Shown here piece by piece: positions 1-10,118 of a DNA stretch of 64,000 nucleotides. The stretch spans positions 12,396 through 76,395 of the IMG/VR virus record IMGVR_UViG_3300047444_000198; one strand, given 5' to 3'. The translations under genes were made by a program, and so were the position numbers. The first letter of the stretch is position 1, and every line of letters starts with the position of its first letter. A model generated the notes under the pieces. The model ran no database searches. It was given only the letters and a program-made list of their open reading frames with translations, and was not told where the DNA came from. The stretch is from a virus.

Positions 1-614
1 CCGTAGCCGACGTTGATGGCCGTGGTCGAGGTGTCGTAGCCGTACACCGCCGACGACGAGCGCTGGAGTGCCGTGCGGGCCTGCGTGTCGATGTACAGCG
101 CCATGTTGCGCCCGAGGAGCCGCGAGGCCGAGGCCATCACGTCATCGAAGCTGGCGTTGAGCAGCAGTTCCGTCACCGAGACGGCAAAGCCCTGCTCAGC
201 CACTTTTATTTGGTACTGCTGCGCGCTGAGAGCGTAGGTCCGCATGCGGACACCCTCGACCAGGGGACCGGCAGGGATCGGCAGGTTGTTGTAACGCATG
301 AAGTTGACGGTCAGTCCAGGCATGATGCCCAGTTCCGTCTTCTTGACCGCGAACTGCTCGAATCTCAGGACCGGCATGGCCTGAAAGAGGATCTCCTTCG
401 ACCAGATGACCTGGATCGCTGGACCCATCATGGACGAGGCCGTGGTGGGGGCGACGGAGTAGCCGCCACTCCCATCAGGACCAGCAGCCATGTTGTAGCC
501 AGCGGCGTTGCCGTAGACGCTGTACTGGGCGCCGCCAGCGACTTGGTTGGTACCGGTGACCGCGGACCCGGTGGGGAACGGGCTACCGATCGGGGCTGGT
601 GTTGCGTTGGCCAT
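1..614 (-). CDS. Major capsid protein, N4-gp56-like (N-terminal part; runs off the window)
   Basis: Not in the ORF track. My translation from ATG 614 reads MANATPAP...AIQVIWSKEILFQAMPVLRFEQFAVKKTELGIMPGLTVNFMRYNNL...LVEGVRM...VSVTELLLNASFDDVMASASRLLGRNMALYID; lies directly downstream of scaffold and portal. Confidence 0.85.
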   Translation of the reverse strand, partial: MANATPAPIGSPFPTGSAVTGTNQVAGGAQYSVYGNAAGYNMAAGPDGSGGYSVAPTTASSMMGPAIQVIWSKEILFQAMPVLRFEQFAVKKTELGIMPGLTVNFMRYNNLPIPAGPLVEGVRMRTYALSAQQYQIKVAEQGFAVSVTELLLNASFDDVMASASRLLGRNMALYIDTQARTALQRSSSAVYGYDTSTTAINVGY

Positions 615-654
615 TACTGCTCACTTCCCTTCCAGATGGAAGACGTTGTTGTGT

Positions 655-1512
655 CTACTGGGCCTGGCGCTGGTTGAGGCCTTGGGCTCCTGCTCGGGAA
701 GCGATCCCCAGTAGTTGGTCGCGATAAATAGCGAACGTCTTGTTGTCCATCTGACGGATTTCATCCGCCGAAAGGGTCTGTGTAGCCATCTGTTGTTCCA
801 TTGGCCCCACTGGCGGCGCTCCGGTGGGGGCCACTCCCCGGATCGGTCCTCGTTGCTGTGTCACCGCTGCTTGGAGATTCTGCACGATGGTAGCCGTGCG
901 CTGCTTCATGATCTCGATGGCGTTGTCGATCTCAGCCGGGTTGGAGCCGATGATCAGGTCCCGAAGCTCGGGCAAGATCCACTCCTGCTCCTGCTCGATG
1001 CGGTCACGCCGGTAGTCCTGGAGTTGTGTGAACTGGCGCTCCTGCGCGAAGATGGCCAGGTCACGCTCCCGCTGGGACTCGATGTCAGCCAGGCGGGTGT
1101 TCCACTCCTGGTCCTTCTTCTCCAGGAGTTGACGCACGTCCAAGGCCTCTTCAGCCTTGGCCTGGGCCTCGGCGGCAAGGCGCTCCTGCTCCTGCTGCGC
1201 CTGCGCCTCACGGGCCTCACGGTCCTGGCGAAGCTGATCTAGCTCCCTCTCCATCTCGGTCATCCGGCCGTAGAGCTTGTCCTTCTCCTCGGTGCGAATC
1301 GCCCCGACCTCTTCCTCGGTGAAGAACCGCTGCCCCTGCGGGCCAGGCTGACCCTGCCCACCAGGGCCGTTGTTGATGACAACATGCGGTACCTGTCCAC
1401 CGCTCTGCTGCATGGCTAGAAGGTCTGCCTGGGTCATGGGTGGGGTGCGCGGGTCAGCGCCCGTGATGAACCCGTTGCCGGTGTCGCCGGAATGCGTTGC
1501 TTGGTCACTCAT
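655..1512 (-). CDS. Capsid scaffolding protein
   Basis: E/Q/R-rich coiled coil located between portal and major capsid genes. Confidence 0.75.
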   Translation of the reverse strand: MSDQATHSGDTGNGFITGADPRTPPMTQADLLAMQQSGGQVPHVVINNGPGGQGQPGPQGQRFFTEEEVGAIRTEEKDKLYGRMTEMERELDQLRQDREAREAQAQQEQERLAAEAQAKAEEALDVRQLLEKKDQEWNTRLADIESQRERDLAIFAQERQFTQLQDYRRDRIEQEQEWILPELRDLIIGSNPAEIDNAIEIMKQRTATIVQNLQAAVTQQRGPIRGVAPTGAPPVGPMEQQMATQTLSADEIRQMDNKTFAIYRDQLLGIASRAGAQGLNQRQAQ

Positions 1513-1539
1513 AGGGTCTCGTTCTCCATGTTGTCACAC

Positions 1540-3195
1540 TTACTGCTGGGTCGTGTCGTTCTGGTCGTAGTCCATGACCTGCGGCGGCATCACCTGGTAG
1601 GCCCGTTGCATCATCTCTTGAGCTAGTGCTGGGTCAACAGGGGCACCAGGCGCCATGCCACCATCCGGTAGCAGAATGGGCTGCCCATCGGGCGTCATGC
1701 CGGTCGAAGCCATCTGGAACTGCGACACCTGCAAGCGGATCAGGTCGAGAGCGCCCTGCTCCTTCAGGTCCTCCATCATCTCCTCGAAGATCTCTCGCAG
1801 CTTCTGATCGGGGTACTGCTCGCCCAGGTCACGCAGGGCGCCCTTGCGGGACTCCAGGCTCATCGCCATGAGGGCCTGGATCTCGTTGATCTTGAGCAGC
1901 CGGTCCATGGGCATGGGGTCCGGCCAGAAGATCTCGGTGCGGTAGGTGACCGGGTCGAAGGGGTCCAACTGCATCAGTTGGTCCGGGTCCGGGATCACCC
2001 CAGCTAGGGAGGGGTTGTACTGGAGGCTGTCGGGCTCGAACAGCGCGATGTACTTCAGGGCTAGCTCGTTGACCGTCTTGAAGCCCGACGTGTACTGCGT
2101 CCGCTTCTGGTGGTAGCGGTGCATCATCGACGCGTATTGCATCTGAAGCGCCACGCCCGAGGTGTTGCTAACTGGTGTCTGTTGACCCAACGCCCCCTCG
2201 GGGACACCGGTCATCTCGTGCATCGAGCGCTTGAGCAGTTCCATGTAGCCCAGCGGCCCCGCGAAGTTGGTGTCCAACTCCAGGTTCTCGATCTTGGCGT
2301 CCTTGTTCCCGATGGACCAGACCTTCTTCGGCCCCTTCTCCAGGTTCGACGCCTTGGCCCCGATGATCACCGTGACGGGGCTCGCGTGATAGTTGATCAC
2401 GTCGGAGATGTTCGTGGCCCGCTCGTTGTACTCCCGGTTGATGGCGATGATGTCGTTGCAGTCACCGAGACCCCACGGTGATGACGCAACAGGCACGTTC
2501 GGGATGTGCACGATGGGGATGGTGCCCAGGCTGTTCTCACGGCGGTCGATCAACTCGTCGTTGACGTACTCCTCGATCGACTCGTCGGTGACAAGCTCGA
2601 CGTAGGTGTACACCTGTCGGGTGCCGTCCTGAGCCGTGCCCCAGAACTTGTACTTGAGCTTGAAGCGCTGGATGCGGGACCGATCATGGGCGTGGAACTC
2701 CGGGAAGCAGAACGCCGGGTTCAACGGCAGGATGCGGACCTTGCCCGGGTGGATCATCCCTGTTGGGTCAACCCAAGCCTCTTCGTAGGCCACCTTGATG
2801 AACACGTCACCGGAAACGCCACCCAACTGGCCGATCTCCCACAGGAGCTTGGCTTTGTTGTTGTCGATCTCCCACACCCGCTTGAGCAGCGGCGGGATGA
2901 CCAGGCTGGTGGCCTCAGGGGAGTGGAACTCCACACCACGGCCGAAGGTGAAGTTGTTGATGTAGTCGCTGAACGCCTTGATGTAGTTGAAGGTGAGTTG
3001 GGGCTCACCAATCTCCCGCTTGTACGCCCAGTGATGGCCCAGGTACCAGGCCCAGTTCATCGCATAACGATTTAGTCGAGGGCCGTGGACCTCGAACTCC
3101 TCGTCTGCTAACTCAACAAGGCCCAGCGGGCTGATGGCGATGGTCAGGTCACTGGCTGCGGCCCGGTAGCTCGGCGGGTAGAAGTTGACTGACAT
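1540..3195 (-). CDS. Portal protein (SPP1 gp6-like)
   Basis: 551 aa; LGTIPIVHIPN...WGLGD and SNTSGVALQM motifs typical of SPP1-like portals; position in head module. Confidence 0.85.
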   Translation of the reverse strand: MSVNFYPPSYRAAASDLTIAISPLGLVELADEEFEVHGPRLNRYAMNWAWYLGHHWAYKREIGEPQLTFNYIKAFSDYINNFTFGRGVEFHSPEATSLVIPPLLKRVWEIDNNKAKLLWEIGQLGGVSGDVFIKVAYEEAWVDPTGMIHPGKVRILPLNPAFCFPEFHAHDRSRIQRFKLKYKFWGTAQDGTRQVYTYVELVTDESIEEYVNDELIDRRENSLGTIPIVHIPNVPVASSPWGLGDCNDIIAINREYNERATNISDVINYHASPVTVIIGAKASNLEKGPKKVWSIGNKDAKIENLELDTNFAGPLGYMELLKRSMHEMTGVPEGALGQQTPVSNTSGVALQMQYASMMHRYHQKRTQYTSGFKTVNELALKYIALFEPDSLQYNPSLAGVIPDPDQLMQLDPFDPVTYRTEIFWPDPMPMDRLLKINEIQALMAMSLESRKGALRDLGEQYPDQKLREIFEEMMEDLKEQGALDLIRLQVSQFQMASTGMTPDGQPILLPDGGMAPGAPVDPALAQEMMQRAYQVMPPQVMDYDQNDTTQQ

Positions 3196-4544
3196 CAGAA
3201 GTCGATCTTCATACGCTTGGCCGCATCAGAGCGGCGATCCGGTACCGCACCTTCAGACGAGCGGGAGAAATCGAAGCTCGGTGTCAGCTTGCCCGTGAAC
3301 TGGTCCTCACGGAGCAACGATGGTGCGTCGTGATACTTGCCAGCAGCATCCTGGACCGAGGCCGTCAGTGGCTCAGGGTCCTTCGTGGCCCGCTCGTGGG
3401 ACCACACGTTGGACTGGAGGTCCCCCGGCAGCATCCGGTGCTTGAACGCCACACGAGTGGAGAGCATCTTGTCCACGTCGTACTGGCCAGCCTTCTTGTG
3501 CAGGGTCTCAGGCATGCCCTTGGCTGAGAGATCCCACGCGTCACTGGTGTAGGACCCAGCGTAGGCAGCCCGTACCGCCGTGGGGATCTGCTCCTGGCCT
3601 ACTGACAGCCCCTCGTTGAAGTTGGGCACCTTCTCCATGCCCTCGGTCTTGGCGGGCAGCGGGTCGGACGAGGTACCAGGCCGACCCAGCGAGATGGCGG
3701 CGCGCTCCTTGGACAGAGGCAACCCGATACCGGGCGACTCCCGGCCCAGGCGCTCCAGTGTTGACTCACGGGCCTTCACACCGGGGAAGCGGCTCTCCCG
3801 CTCCCGCACGGCGCGCCCCACGTTGGTGGCCGTGGTCAGGTTGGGCGTCGAAGGCTGGTTGGCGTTGCCCATGGACCACGGCGTGCGAGGGCTGGTCTGG
3901 GCCACAGCGCGGGTCATCGACGCCATGGAGGAGTCAGTCTGCGCCGCCGCCGTCTCGATGCCCGGAACAGCCTGGCCGGGGGTGACATGACCAGTCTCCT
4001 CGTCCCGGCCGCTGTACCACGGCGACGTAGGTGCTGCGGCCATCAGCTTGGTCAGGTGCGCCATGTGGCGCGCACCCTGGCCGTAGTCGTCCCCGGCTGG
4101 GGTCTGGTGAGGCACATCGATGGGGTGGGAGGCTCGGGTCTCAGCGAAGTTCTGGATGGCGTTGACCTTGCGCTGATGGGCTGACACGGCACCCGTGGGG
4201 CTCGCCTCGATCCCCGGCAGGAAGCCACCCCCACTGGAAGCCAGCGGTGGTGCTACCCCGGCAGCGTGGGCGATCTCAGACACCGGCTTCTCGAACTGCT
4301 GGGTCTGGAACAACTGGCCCTGGTTCGGGTCGCCCTTGCCCGAGGGCATGAGACCATGCGCTACCAAGGTGGCCTCACGCGCAGGCTGGCGCAGAGGCAC
4401 GTTGGGTGCCGGACGGCCAGACTTGCGGCCCGCCATGGGGCTGAACCCGCCTGTGGAGTGCGCCGGACCCATGGGGATGGCGCCCTCGGTCCGCTCCGGG
4501 GCTGCTCCCGAGAAGGAGTCCACCCGATTCCGTGCGATGACCAT
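3195..4544 (-). CDS. Hypothetical protein with a C-terminal domain resembling phage HhH-GPD/glycosylase-like proteins
   Basis: Pattern WY...AQTSPRTPW...N...KVPNF...YTSDAW...LQSNVW; disordered N-terminus containing QGQLF. Confidence 0.4.
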   Translation of the reverse strand: MVIARNRVDSFSGAAPERTEGAIPMGPAHSTGGFSPMAGRKSGRPAPNVPLRQPAREATLVAHGLMPSGKGDPNQGQLFQTQQFEKPVSEIAHAAGVAPPLASSGGGFLPGIEASPTGAVSAHQRKVNAIQNFAETRASHPIDVPHQTPAGDDYGQGARHMAHLTKLMAAAPTSPWYSGRDEETGHVTPGQAVPGIETAAAQTDSSMASMTRAVAQTSPRTPWSMGNANQPSTPNLTTATNVGRAVRERESRFPGVKARESTLERLGRESPGIGLPLSKERAAISLGRPGTSSDPLPAKTEGMEKVPNFNEGLSVGQEQIPTAVRAAYAGSYTSDAWDLSAKGMPETLHKKAGQYDVDKMLSTRVAFKHRMLPGDLQSNVWSHERATKDPEPLTASVQDAAGKYHDAPSLLREDQFTGKLTPSFDFSRSSEGAVPDRRSDAAKRMKIDF

Positions 4545-4855
4545 CAGCTACCTCCCGCAGTGGGGCTCGCCCGTCGCCGCTTGTTGTTGACGTAGCTCAG
4601 CGCTGACGGCGCCAGGCCGGGAGGCATGTTGATGCCCATCATGTCGTCAGCCCGCTTCATGACCTCCGGCTTCATCTTGGCCCAGAGGAGTCGGTAGTTC
4701 TCCGGCTTCTCTTTGTCCTTCTTCAGCCGGATGTCATGGGGCGGGATGACGATGGGTCGGCCTGGTGAGAGGCCACCAAAGACGCGTTCGTGCACCGTTT
4801 GGGTGCTCGGCAGACGGGTTCCTACCGTCTGCATGCGCTGCGGTGGCCAAGGCAT
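4544..4855 (-). CDS. Hypothetical protein (start MPWPPQR)
   Basis: Start/stop coupled to both neighbours. Confidence 0.6.
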   Translation of the reverse strand: MPWPPQRMQTVGTRLPSTQTVHERVFGGLSPGRPIVIPPHDIRLKKDKEKPENYRLLWAKMKPEVMKRADDMMGINMPPGLAPSALSYVNNKRRRASPTAGGS

Positions 4856-5232
4856 CAGTCGTTGACGACGGCGCGGTTGGGGCGCCGCTTGAGACCTTCG
4901 CTCTCCCGCTCGAAGCCGTAGCCGGTGCCGAAGGCCTGTGAGCCGTGGACGAACTCGCCCAGCATGCTCGGTGCCTCGATCCAGGTGGACGAGCCCATGT
5001 GGGCGCGCTCCCGCATCGTCTCGGCCTGGCCCTTCCAGCACGTGACCGGCCGCTCGTTGGCGGTGTCGGCGTAGGCGCCACGGCGGAAGTCGTTGGGCAC
5101 GTCAGTGTCAGTGGCGATTCCCTCCTCGAAACGAAGGGGACCACGACGCCGATCGTTGCTGGCGATGTCGTGTTCGTACTGGGCTCCTCGGAACTTCTCG
5201 GGGCCGAGGGACGGGACCGGTGCGATGCCCAT
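4855..5232 (-). CDS. Hypothetical protein downstream of terminase
   Basis: GGAGG RBS upstream; coupled to next gene. Confidence 0.65.
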   Translation of the reverse strand: MGIAPVPSLGPEKFRGAQYEHDIASNDRRRGPLRFEEGIATDTDVPNDFRRGAYADTANERPVTCWKGQAETMRERAHMGSSTWIEAPSMLGEFVHGSQAFGTGYGFERESEGLKRRPNRAVVND

Positions 5233-5278
5233 GGGTGACCTCCGTGGGGTCGGTTGGCGGGATCATACGCCTGTTGGC

Positions 5279-6895
5279 TCAGCGAGACGCGAAGAACGGG
5301 CTCTCGCTCACTTCGACCGAGTCCTCGACCTCGGTCATGGACGCCGCACAGGCTAGGGCCAGGGAGTCAACGAAATCGTCATGGGCCTCCACCTCGTCTG
5401 GTGCCTCAACGAGCATTTGCCCTGCTCGGAACACCTTGATGACGTCCGACATCTGTTGACGGAACCGGCGCCAGACACGAGTGCGGCGGGCCTTGGAGTG
5501 CCCCGGGTACACCATCAAGCGCCGGTCGATCAACGTCTGGAGGTTCTTCCACCGGGTACCCTGCGCCTTGGTGTCGGACCCCATGGGGATGACGACACAA
5601 CGAGAGCCCAGAAGCAGTTGGAGCCGTTCTGCGATGGCGGTACCCATGGCCTGTGCATCGACGGCGACGTAAGCGAGCCGGTAGTTGTCCAGGAAGTCAG
5701 CGATGGCGAAGTACTGCTCCTCCCAGGGCTGGTTGTGTAGCTCCAGCCAGTCCAGGACTCGGTGCTCTCGGAAGCCAAACGGATCAGGGTAGTCCCAGTC
5801 CACCCAGCACACGGTGACCACTGTTGAGTCACGAAGGCGGGCCGGGTCCACCCCGGCCACACATGCGCTCTTGTACCAGGAGCGCACCAGGGGCATGCTG
5901 GTGTCCATGAGTGAGTCCATGACCTCGTCGGTGACGAACTGACCTCGCTCCAGCAACCACTTGATGGCGTAGCTCATCTGGAACTCGTCGCTGTCCTCGC
6001 CCAGACGACGCTTCTCCTTGGAGATGTACTTCGCATAGAGGGGGTTGTACTTGGAGACGATCTTGTAGTCGTACTCGTAGTGGTTGTGCCGACGCATCCG
6101 GCTTGTGGCTCGACGCTTGTTGAGTTGAATCGCCCGGTAGAAGTCACCCTTCACGCGGCTCGGGGTGCCGATCTTGACCATGGTCCCCGCCGTGGCTGCC
6201 ATCATGGGGTGCACCGACTTACGCACGACATCGGCGTCAGCATCCTGAGCTTCGTCTATGACGATGACGTGGTAGGTCTTACCCTCGATCTTGGCCTTCG
6301 GGTTGCACGTCTGTCGTCGGGCGAGGCTCCCGTTCTTCAGCCGGATGACCTTCCCCTTCCCCTTCACCTCGTCATCGATCTCGGGGTCCATCAGGAACTC
6401 AGTGGCGAAGTCACTCGTGAGCCGGTCCACGATGCGCCCATGCAGGGTTTCCGACTGGTCTTCGGTGGGCGCGAAGCACCCCACCCAGAGCCCCTTCTTG
6501 AACCGGGACAACATGTCGAAGCTCAACGCCAGCTTTGGTAACAGCACCATGAGACCGGCGAAGGTGTTGGCCAGGGTCTCGGTCTTGCCCGCCTGACGAC
6601 TGATGAGCGCCGTCAGTTCCTCGGCGTCGTTGAGGAGGATCGACTCGATGATGCGGTAGCTGACCTCGCGCTGGTACGGGTAGAAGGGGACCTCGCAGAA
6701 CTCCTCGATGAAGAGGATGCACCGCTTGACGAGGTTGTCGATGAACTCGGCCGTTGACTCATCAAGCTCGATCTGATCGGCAGGGTCCTCGTCTAGAACC
6801 GCCTCGTCGTCCTCGTCGTAGACCGGCTCGTCCTGGGCCTGAAAGGCATCAGGCAGGCGCTCGATCAGATCAGTCACCACATCATGGTGGCACAA
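5279..6895 (-). CDS. Terminase large subunit
   Basis: Walker A ISRQAGKT, Walker B VIVIDEAQ, motif III IGTP, nuclease acidic residues AGVDPA and HDDFVDS. Confidence 0.95.
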   Translation of the reverse strand: MCHHDVVTDLIERLPDAFQAQDEPVYDEDDEAVLDEDPADQIELDESTAEFIDNLVKRCILFIEEFCEVPFYPYQREVSYRIIESILLNDAEELTALISRQAGKTETLANTFAGLMVLLPKLALSFDMLSRFKKGLWVGCFAPTEDQSETLHGRIVDRLTSDFATEFLMDPEIDDEVKGKGKVIRLKNGSLARRQTCNPKAKIEGKTYHVIVIDEAQDADADVVRKSVHPMMAATAGTMVKIGTPSRVKGDFYRAIQLNKRRATSRMRRHNHYEYDYKIVSKYNPLYAKYISKEKRRLGEDSDEFQMSYAIKWLLERGQFVTDEVMDSLMDTSMPLVRSWYKSACVAGVDPARLRDSTVVTVCWVDWDYPDPFGFREHRVLDWLELHNQPWEEQYFAIADFLDNYRLAYVAVDAQAMGTAIAERLQLLLGSRCVVIPMGSDTKAQGTRWKNLQTLIDRRLMVYPGHSKARRTRVWRRFRQQMSDVIKVFRAGQMLVEAPDEVEAHDDFVDSLALACAASMTEVEDSVEVSESPFFASR

Positions 6896-7085
6896 CAGGT
6901 ACTAGACGGTGTATCTCCTCACCGTCTCATCGAACAGCGCGTTGCCCTTGCCGCGCCAGACCCTCTGGCTACTACGCAGGCCACCGGCTGCCGGACGCAC
7001 GTCTATCCAGACCCGTACCTCGTCCCGGAACAGCCCCCGCCACAAGTCGATGTGCAGGTCCCCGAGAACCAGACTGCGATCCGGC

Positions 7086-7301
7086 TCACTCCCAGCCATC
7101 TTCTCCTCGGTGCCTGCGGATGGTCTCCCACGCCCGCACGAACGTCACGAAGCCCCACCCCAGGGCCACCATGATCGTCCACAGCATGGCCACGATGGCG
7201 ATGGCCTTGGGCCAGCCACCGATGGGTGAGACCGGCGCCTTGGAGTTGTTGAGGCTCTGCGCGAAGAGATGGATCACTTGATGACCTCGATCGCTTGCCA
7301 C
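7086..7301 (-). CDS. Small membrane protein
   Basis: One long hydrophobic segment. Confidence 0.45.
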   Translation of the reverse strand: MASDRGHQVIHLFAQSLNNSKAPVSPIGGWPKAIAIVAMLWTIMVALGWGFVTFVRAWETIRRHRGEDGWE

Positions 7302-7422
7302 GACAGCAGCATCGTGGGCTTGGGGAAGTGCCCGTCAGCATCAACGGGATGGATGATGCTGACAGCGTCCATACTGACCATCACGTTGTCGCACACGTAC
7401 ACGGTGCCGTCCACAATGACCT

Positions 7423-7644
7423 TCACCGGCCCGGGTCCTCCTCGTAGTCACCGATGTGACTACGGACCTCAGCCATCTCCTGGGTGATGTCCATGCCCTT
7501 GGGCCAGATCATCGCCCACAGCTTCTCGTAGAGGCGGAACGTGAGCGGGCTGAAACGCACCGGGGCGCAGTGGATGGCGGCGTTCATCTTGTCGGCGTGG
7601 TAGTTCTGCTCGAAACACCACAGCAGCACCTCATGTACGTCCAT
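7423..7644 (-). CDS. Hypothetical protein (start MDVHEV) directly after the tRNA
   Basis: The longer ORF-track call overlaps the tRNA; in-frame ATG at 7644. Confidence 0.55.
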   Translation of the reverse strand: MDVHEVLLWCFEQNYHADKMNAAIHCAPVRFSPLTFRLYEKLWAMIWPKGMDITQEMAEVRSHIGDYEEDPGR

Positions 7645-7645
7645 G

Positions 7646-7719
7646 TCGGGGTGACAGGACTTGAACCTGCGACCTCTGGTCCCCCAGACCAGCGCGCTAA
7701 CCAACTGCGCCACACCCCG
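7646..7719 (-). tRNA. tRNA-Pro(GGG)
   Basis: CGGGGTG acceptor, D arm GCGCAGTTGGTTAGCGC, anticodon arm CTGGT-CTGGGGG-ACCAG, T arm GCAGG-TTCAAGT-CCTGT, 3' CACCCCGA; CCA not encoded. Confidence 0.95.
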
Positions 7720-7776
7720 GCGAGAAGGGGAACGATCACGCTGTGACCCGGAACGCCCCCCAACTCGACGCTGAAC

Positions 7777-8166
7777 CTAGCTCTTGAAGACACCTTGGGC
7801 GACGAAGGACGTCACCACCGGATCATCGATCGGACCCTGCTTCACGGTGCCGGAGCACTCGTAGGTGGCACTGGGTACGAGGGGCGCCTTGAAGAAGCCG
7901 TCCACCTGCGTGCCGTTGAAGAAGATCTGGAGCGAGTAGGGCTGGAACTTGGAGCCGTCCGGCAGGAACACCGGGCCGCTCCCGTTGCCCTGCACCGTGA
8001 ACGAGGTGAAGAAGTTCCCCAGCCCCGGCTGCAAGGGCGTGCAGGTCACGAACGGGAACACGATGGCCTTCTGGCTGTTGAACGGGGCCGCACCAGCCGG
8101 GAGAGCCATGCCCAAGACGGCAGCGCCCCCGACCGCTCCGGCGAGGAGCTTTCGCATGAGTGTCAT
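7777..8166 (-). CDS. Secreted hypothetical protein
   Basis: Signal peptide MRKLLAGAVGGAAVLGMALPAGA. Confidence 0.6.
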   Translation of the reverse strand: MTLMRKLLAGAVGGAAVLGMALPAGAAPFNSQKAIVFPFVTCTPLQPGLGNFFTSFTVQGNGSGPVFLPDGSKFQPYSLQIFFNGTQVDGFFKAPLVPSATYECSGTVKQGPIDDPVVTSFVAQGVFKS

Positions 8167-8186
8167 GGTGCGGGACCATAACACGG

Positions 8187-8222
8187 AAGAAGCCCCCGGC
8201 CGGGAGGGGCTAGGGGCTTCTT
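8187..8222. terminator. Intergenic hairpin, possible intrinsic terminator
   Basis: AAGAAGCCCC...GGGGCTTCTT 10-bp inverted repeat. Confidence 0.45.
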
Positions 8223-8275
8223 GCCGGAACCTGGATGTCCATCGTGTCACCGAAGAACCACCAAGGACTCCTACT

Positions 8276-8617
8276 TTACCTCGGATTCGGTGTCTTTACA
8301 AGTCGCCGTCGCCGGGGTGCTGGTGGTGGGACCGTGAGGGTGCCTGCGGCCTCCCGGAAGGAGATCACCGCACGCCTGCTGACCTGGGCCTGGAGGTCAT
8401 GGACGTCGTCGTCACCGTTGCCGTGAATCTGCGCCACGTGCTGGCCATGGCGGGCTTCCACGAGCCGCCACAGCCAGTCGAACGCCGCTGCGTCCAGGTT
8501 GACCTGGTAGAAGGGCTCGATCCGCTGGAGATGCTTCTTGCCCTGACCTGCTGGTATCGATGGTGGCCCGGTACCAGCAACGGGCTCCATGTCAGGCGGC
8601 GGTCTTCTTCGAGGCAC
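8276..8617 (-). CDS. Hypothetical protein
   Basis: ORF in minus-strand operon; true start may be internal (MEPV). Confidence 0.5.
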   Translation of the reverse strand: MPRRRPPPDMEPVAGTGPPSIPAGQGKKHLQRIEPFYQVNLDAAAFDWLWRLVEARHGQHVAQIHGNGDDDVHDLQAQVSRRAVISFREAAGTLTVPPPAPRRRRLVKTPNPR

Positions 8618-9101
8618 GCTTGGACACGACCTTGGCCGGTGTCGCGGGCCGCTTGGTAGCTGCCTTGGCCGGTGCCGCCTTCTTGGCCGGAGCCTTCTTG
8701 ACCGCTGGCTTCCGGACTGCTGCCTTCTTCACGGGGACAGCGGTGCCTCGATGGTTCCCCTTGCGCCGCTCGTAGGCCTCGTGCTGCTTCTGGCGGCAGA
8801 GGTTCCCGTGGCAGCCCGACTGGTAGCGGTAGATGCTGGCGTAGGGGCAGACCGACGAATCGCTGTCGGGCTCGACCGCACAGACCCCCCGCTGGCGGAT
8901 GGCGATGAGTGGCAGAGGCTTCCGTCCTGGTCGCTCAGCCTCCAACATCTCGATCCGCTGCTCTAGAGAGTCGATACGGTGCCCATCGTTGAGGACGGGC
9001 TTGCGGGGTGCCGGAGCCTTGACGGGTACCGCCTTGGTCACCGCCTTGGGAGCCCGCTTTCGGGGCTCTCTCGTCTTCGTGGGTGTTGAGGTTCGGGCCA
9101 C
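8592..9101 (-). CDS. Basic DNA-binding protein with histone-H1/HupB-like PAKK tail
   Basis: KKAPAKKAAPAKAATKRPA repeats; central Cys cluster. Confidence 0.6.
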   Translation of the reverse strand: MARTSTPTKTREPRKRAPKAVTKAVPVKAPAPRKPVLNDGHRIDSLEQRIEMLEAERPGRKPLPLIAIRQRGVCAVEPDSDSSVCPYASIYRYQSGCHGNLCRQKQHEAYERRKGNHRGTAVPVKKAAVRKPAVKKAPAKKAAPAKAATKRPATPAKVVSKRASKKTAA

Positions 9102-9146
9102 GCTGAATCCTTTCCGTCGTGCTGTGTCATCGTACCAGTGCCCGAA

Positions 9147-9368
9147 TCAGAAGAGTCTCATCTGAGCGGTCTCAGGATGCTCCTCGAAATACCCCTGGAA
9201 CAGTTCCGTGAAGGTGGTGAGCAGAAGCTCCATGGCGTCAGTGTCAGTGCTGTCAACGAACCGCAACCTGTCCACGAAGCCCATCTCATCCACCTCCACG
9301 ACGTCATGGTCGAGCCCGTAGCGGCGGAAGAGCTTGTTGATCTCAGCGGCGATCTGTTGCAAGGTCAT
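9147..9368 (-). CDS. Hypothetical protein ending in QMRLF
   Basis: Coupled to the whiB-like gene; C-terminal clamp-binding-like motif. Confidence 0.6.
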   Translation of the reverse strand: MTLQQIAAEINKLFRRYGLDHDVVEVDEMGFVDRLRFVDSTDTDAMELLLTTFTELFQGYFEEHPETAQMRLF

Positions 9369-9646
9369 GACGCGACGTTACCCCGTTGCTGTTCCCTACG
9401 AAGACGCTGCGCCCGTGTGCGGATGATGCTCCGTCGTTCCTTGTCACTGGCCCCACCCCACACGCCCCAGCGCTCCCGGTACCGCAGGGCGTGCTCCAGG
9501 CACTCGCCCCGCACCGGACACTTGGCACAGACTCTCTTGGGGGTGTCGGTGTCGCCGCCCCGCTCGGGGAAGAAGAGTTCTGGGTCGATCCCTCGACACG
9601 CAGCTTCAGCTTGCCAATCCAGGCTTGTCTCGTTGTTCCAGAGCAC
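9365..9646 (-). CDS. whiB: WhiB family transcription factor
   Basis: WQAEAAC...LFFPERG...KRVCAKCPVRGECLEHAL...GVWGG: four Cys plus G[VI]WGG turn. Confidence 0.95.
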   Translation of the reverse strand: MLWNNETSLDWQAEAACRGIDPELFFPERGGDTDTPKRVCAKCPVRGECLEHALRYRERWGVWGGASDKERRSIIRTRAQRLRREQQRGNVAS

Positions 9647-10118
9647 GCAACGCCTCCAGGGCCATCTCGGCGTGCGCGACGGCTTGGTTGATCTTGGTCG
9701 GGTCGATGATCCGGGAGTCCCGCCAGACAGACAGGTTGAAACCCGCCATCATGATCTCGACCTCGGCGTAATCGATCAGGTCGCGCAGTGGCAGCGACAC
9801 GAGACGCGCACTGACACTGACGGGGTCAGGAGGCTGGTGGCGGTTCCGACGTACCAGGCCCACGCCACGCTCCGATTTCCGCAGGGTCGAACTCCAGATT
9901 CCGAACGCCCAACTGCTTGTACACGTCCATGTCGGGCTCAGGATTGGGGTGACACCGGCCCACCTGGATGGCCCTGTGACCGATCCTGAGCCGCACACCA
10001 CTACCGAGGCGCCAGGGCTCGGCCCGCTCCCGGAACCAGGCCCGCGACACGATCTTGGATTCGTCGGTGTAGCTCTCCCACCCCACGTACACGCTACGGA
10101 CGCTCTTGAGGGTCAGCA

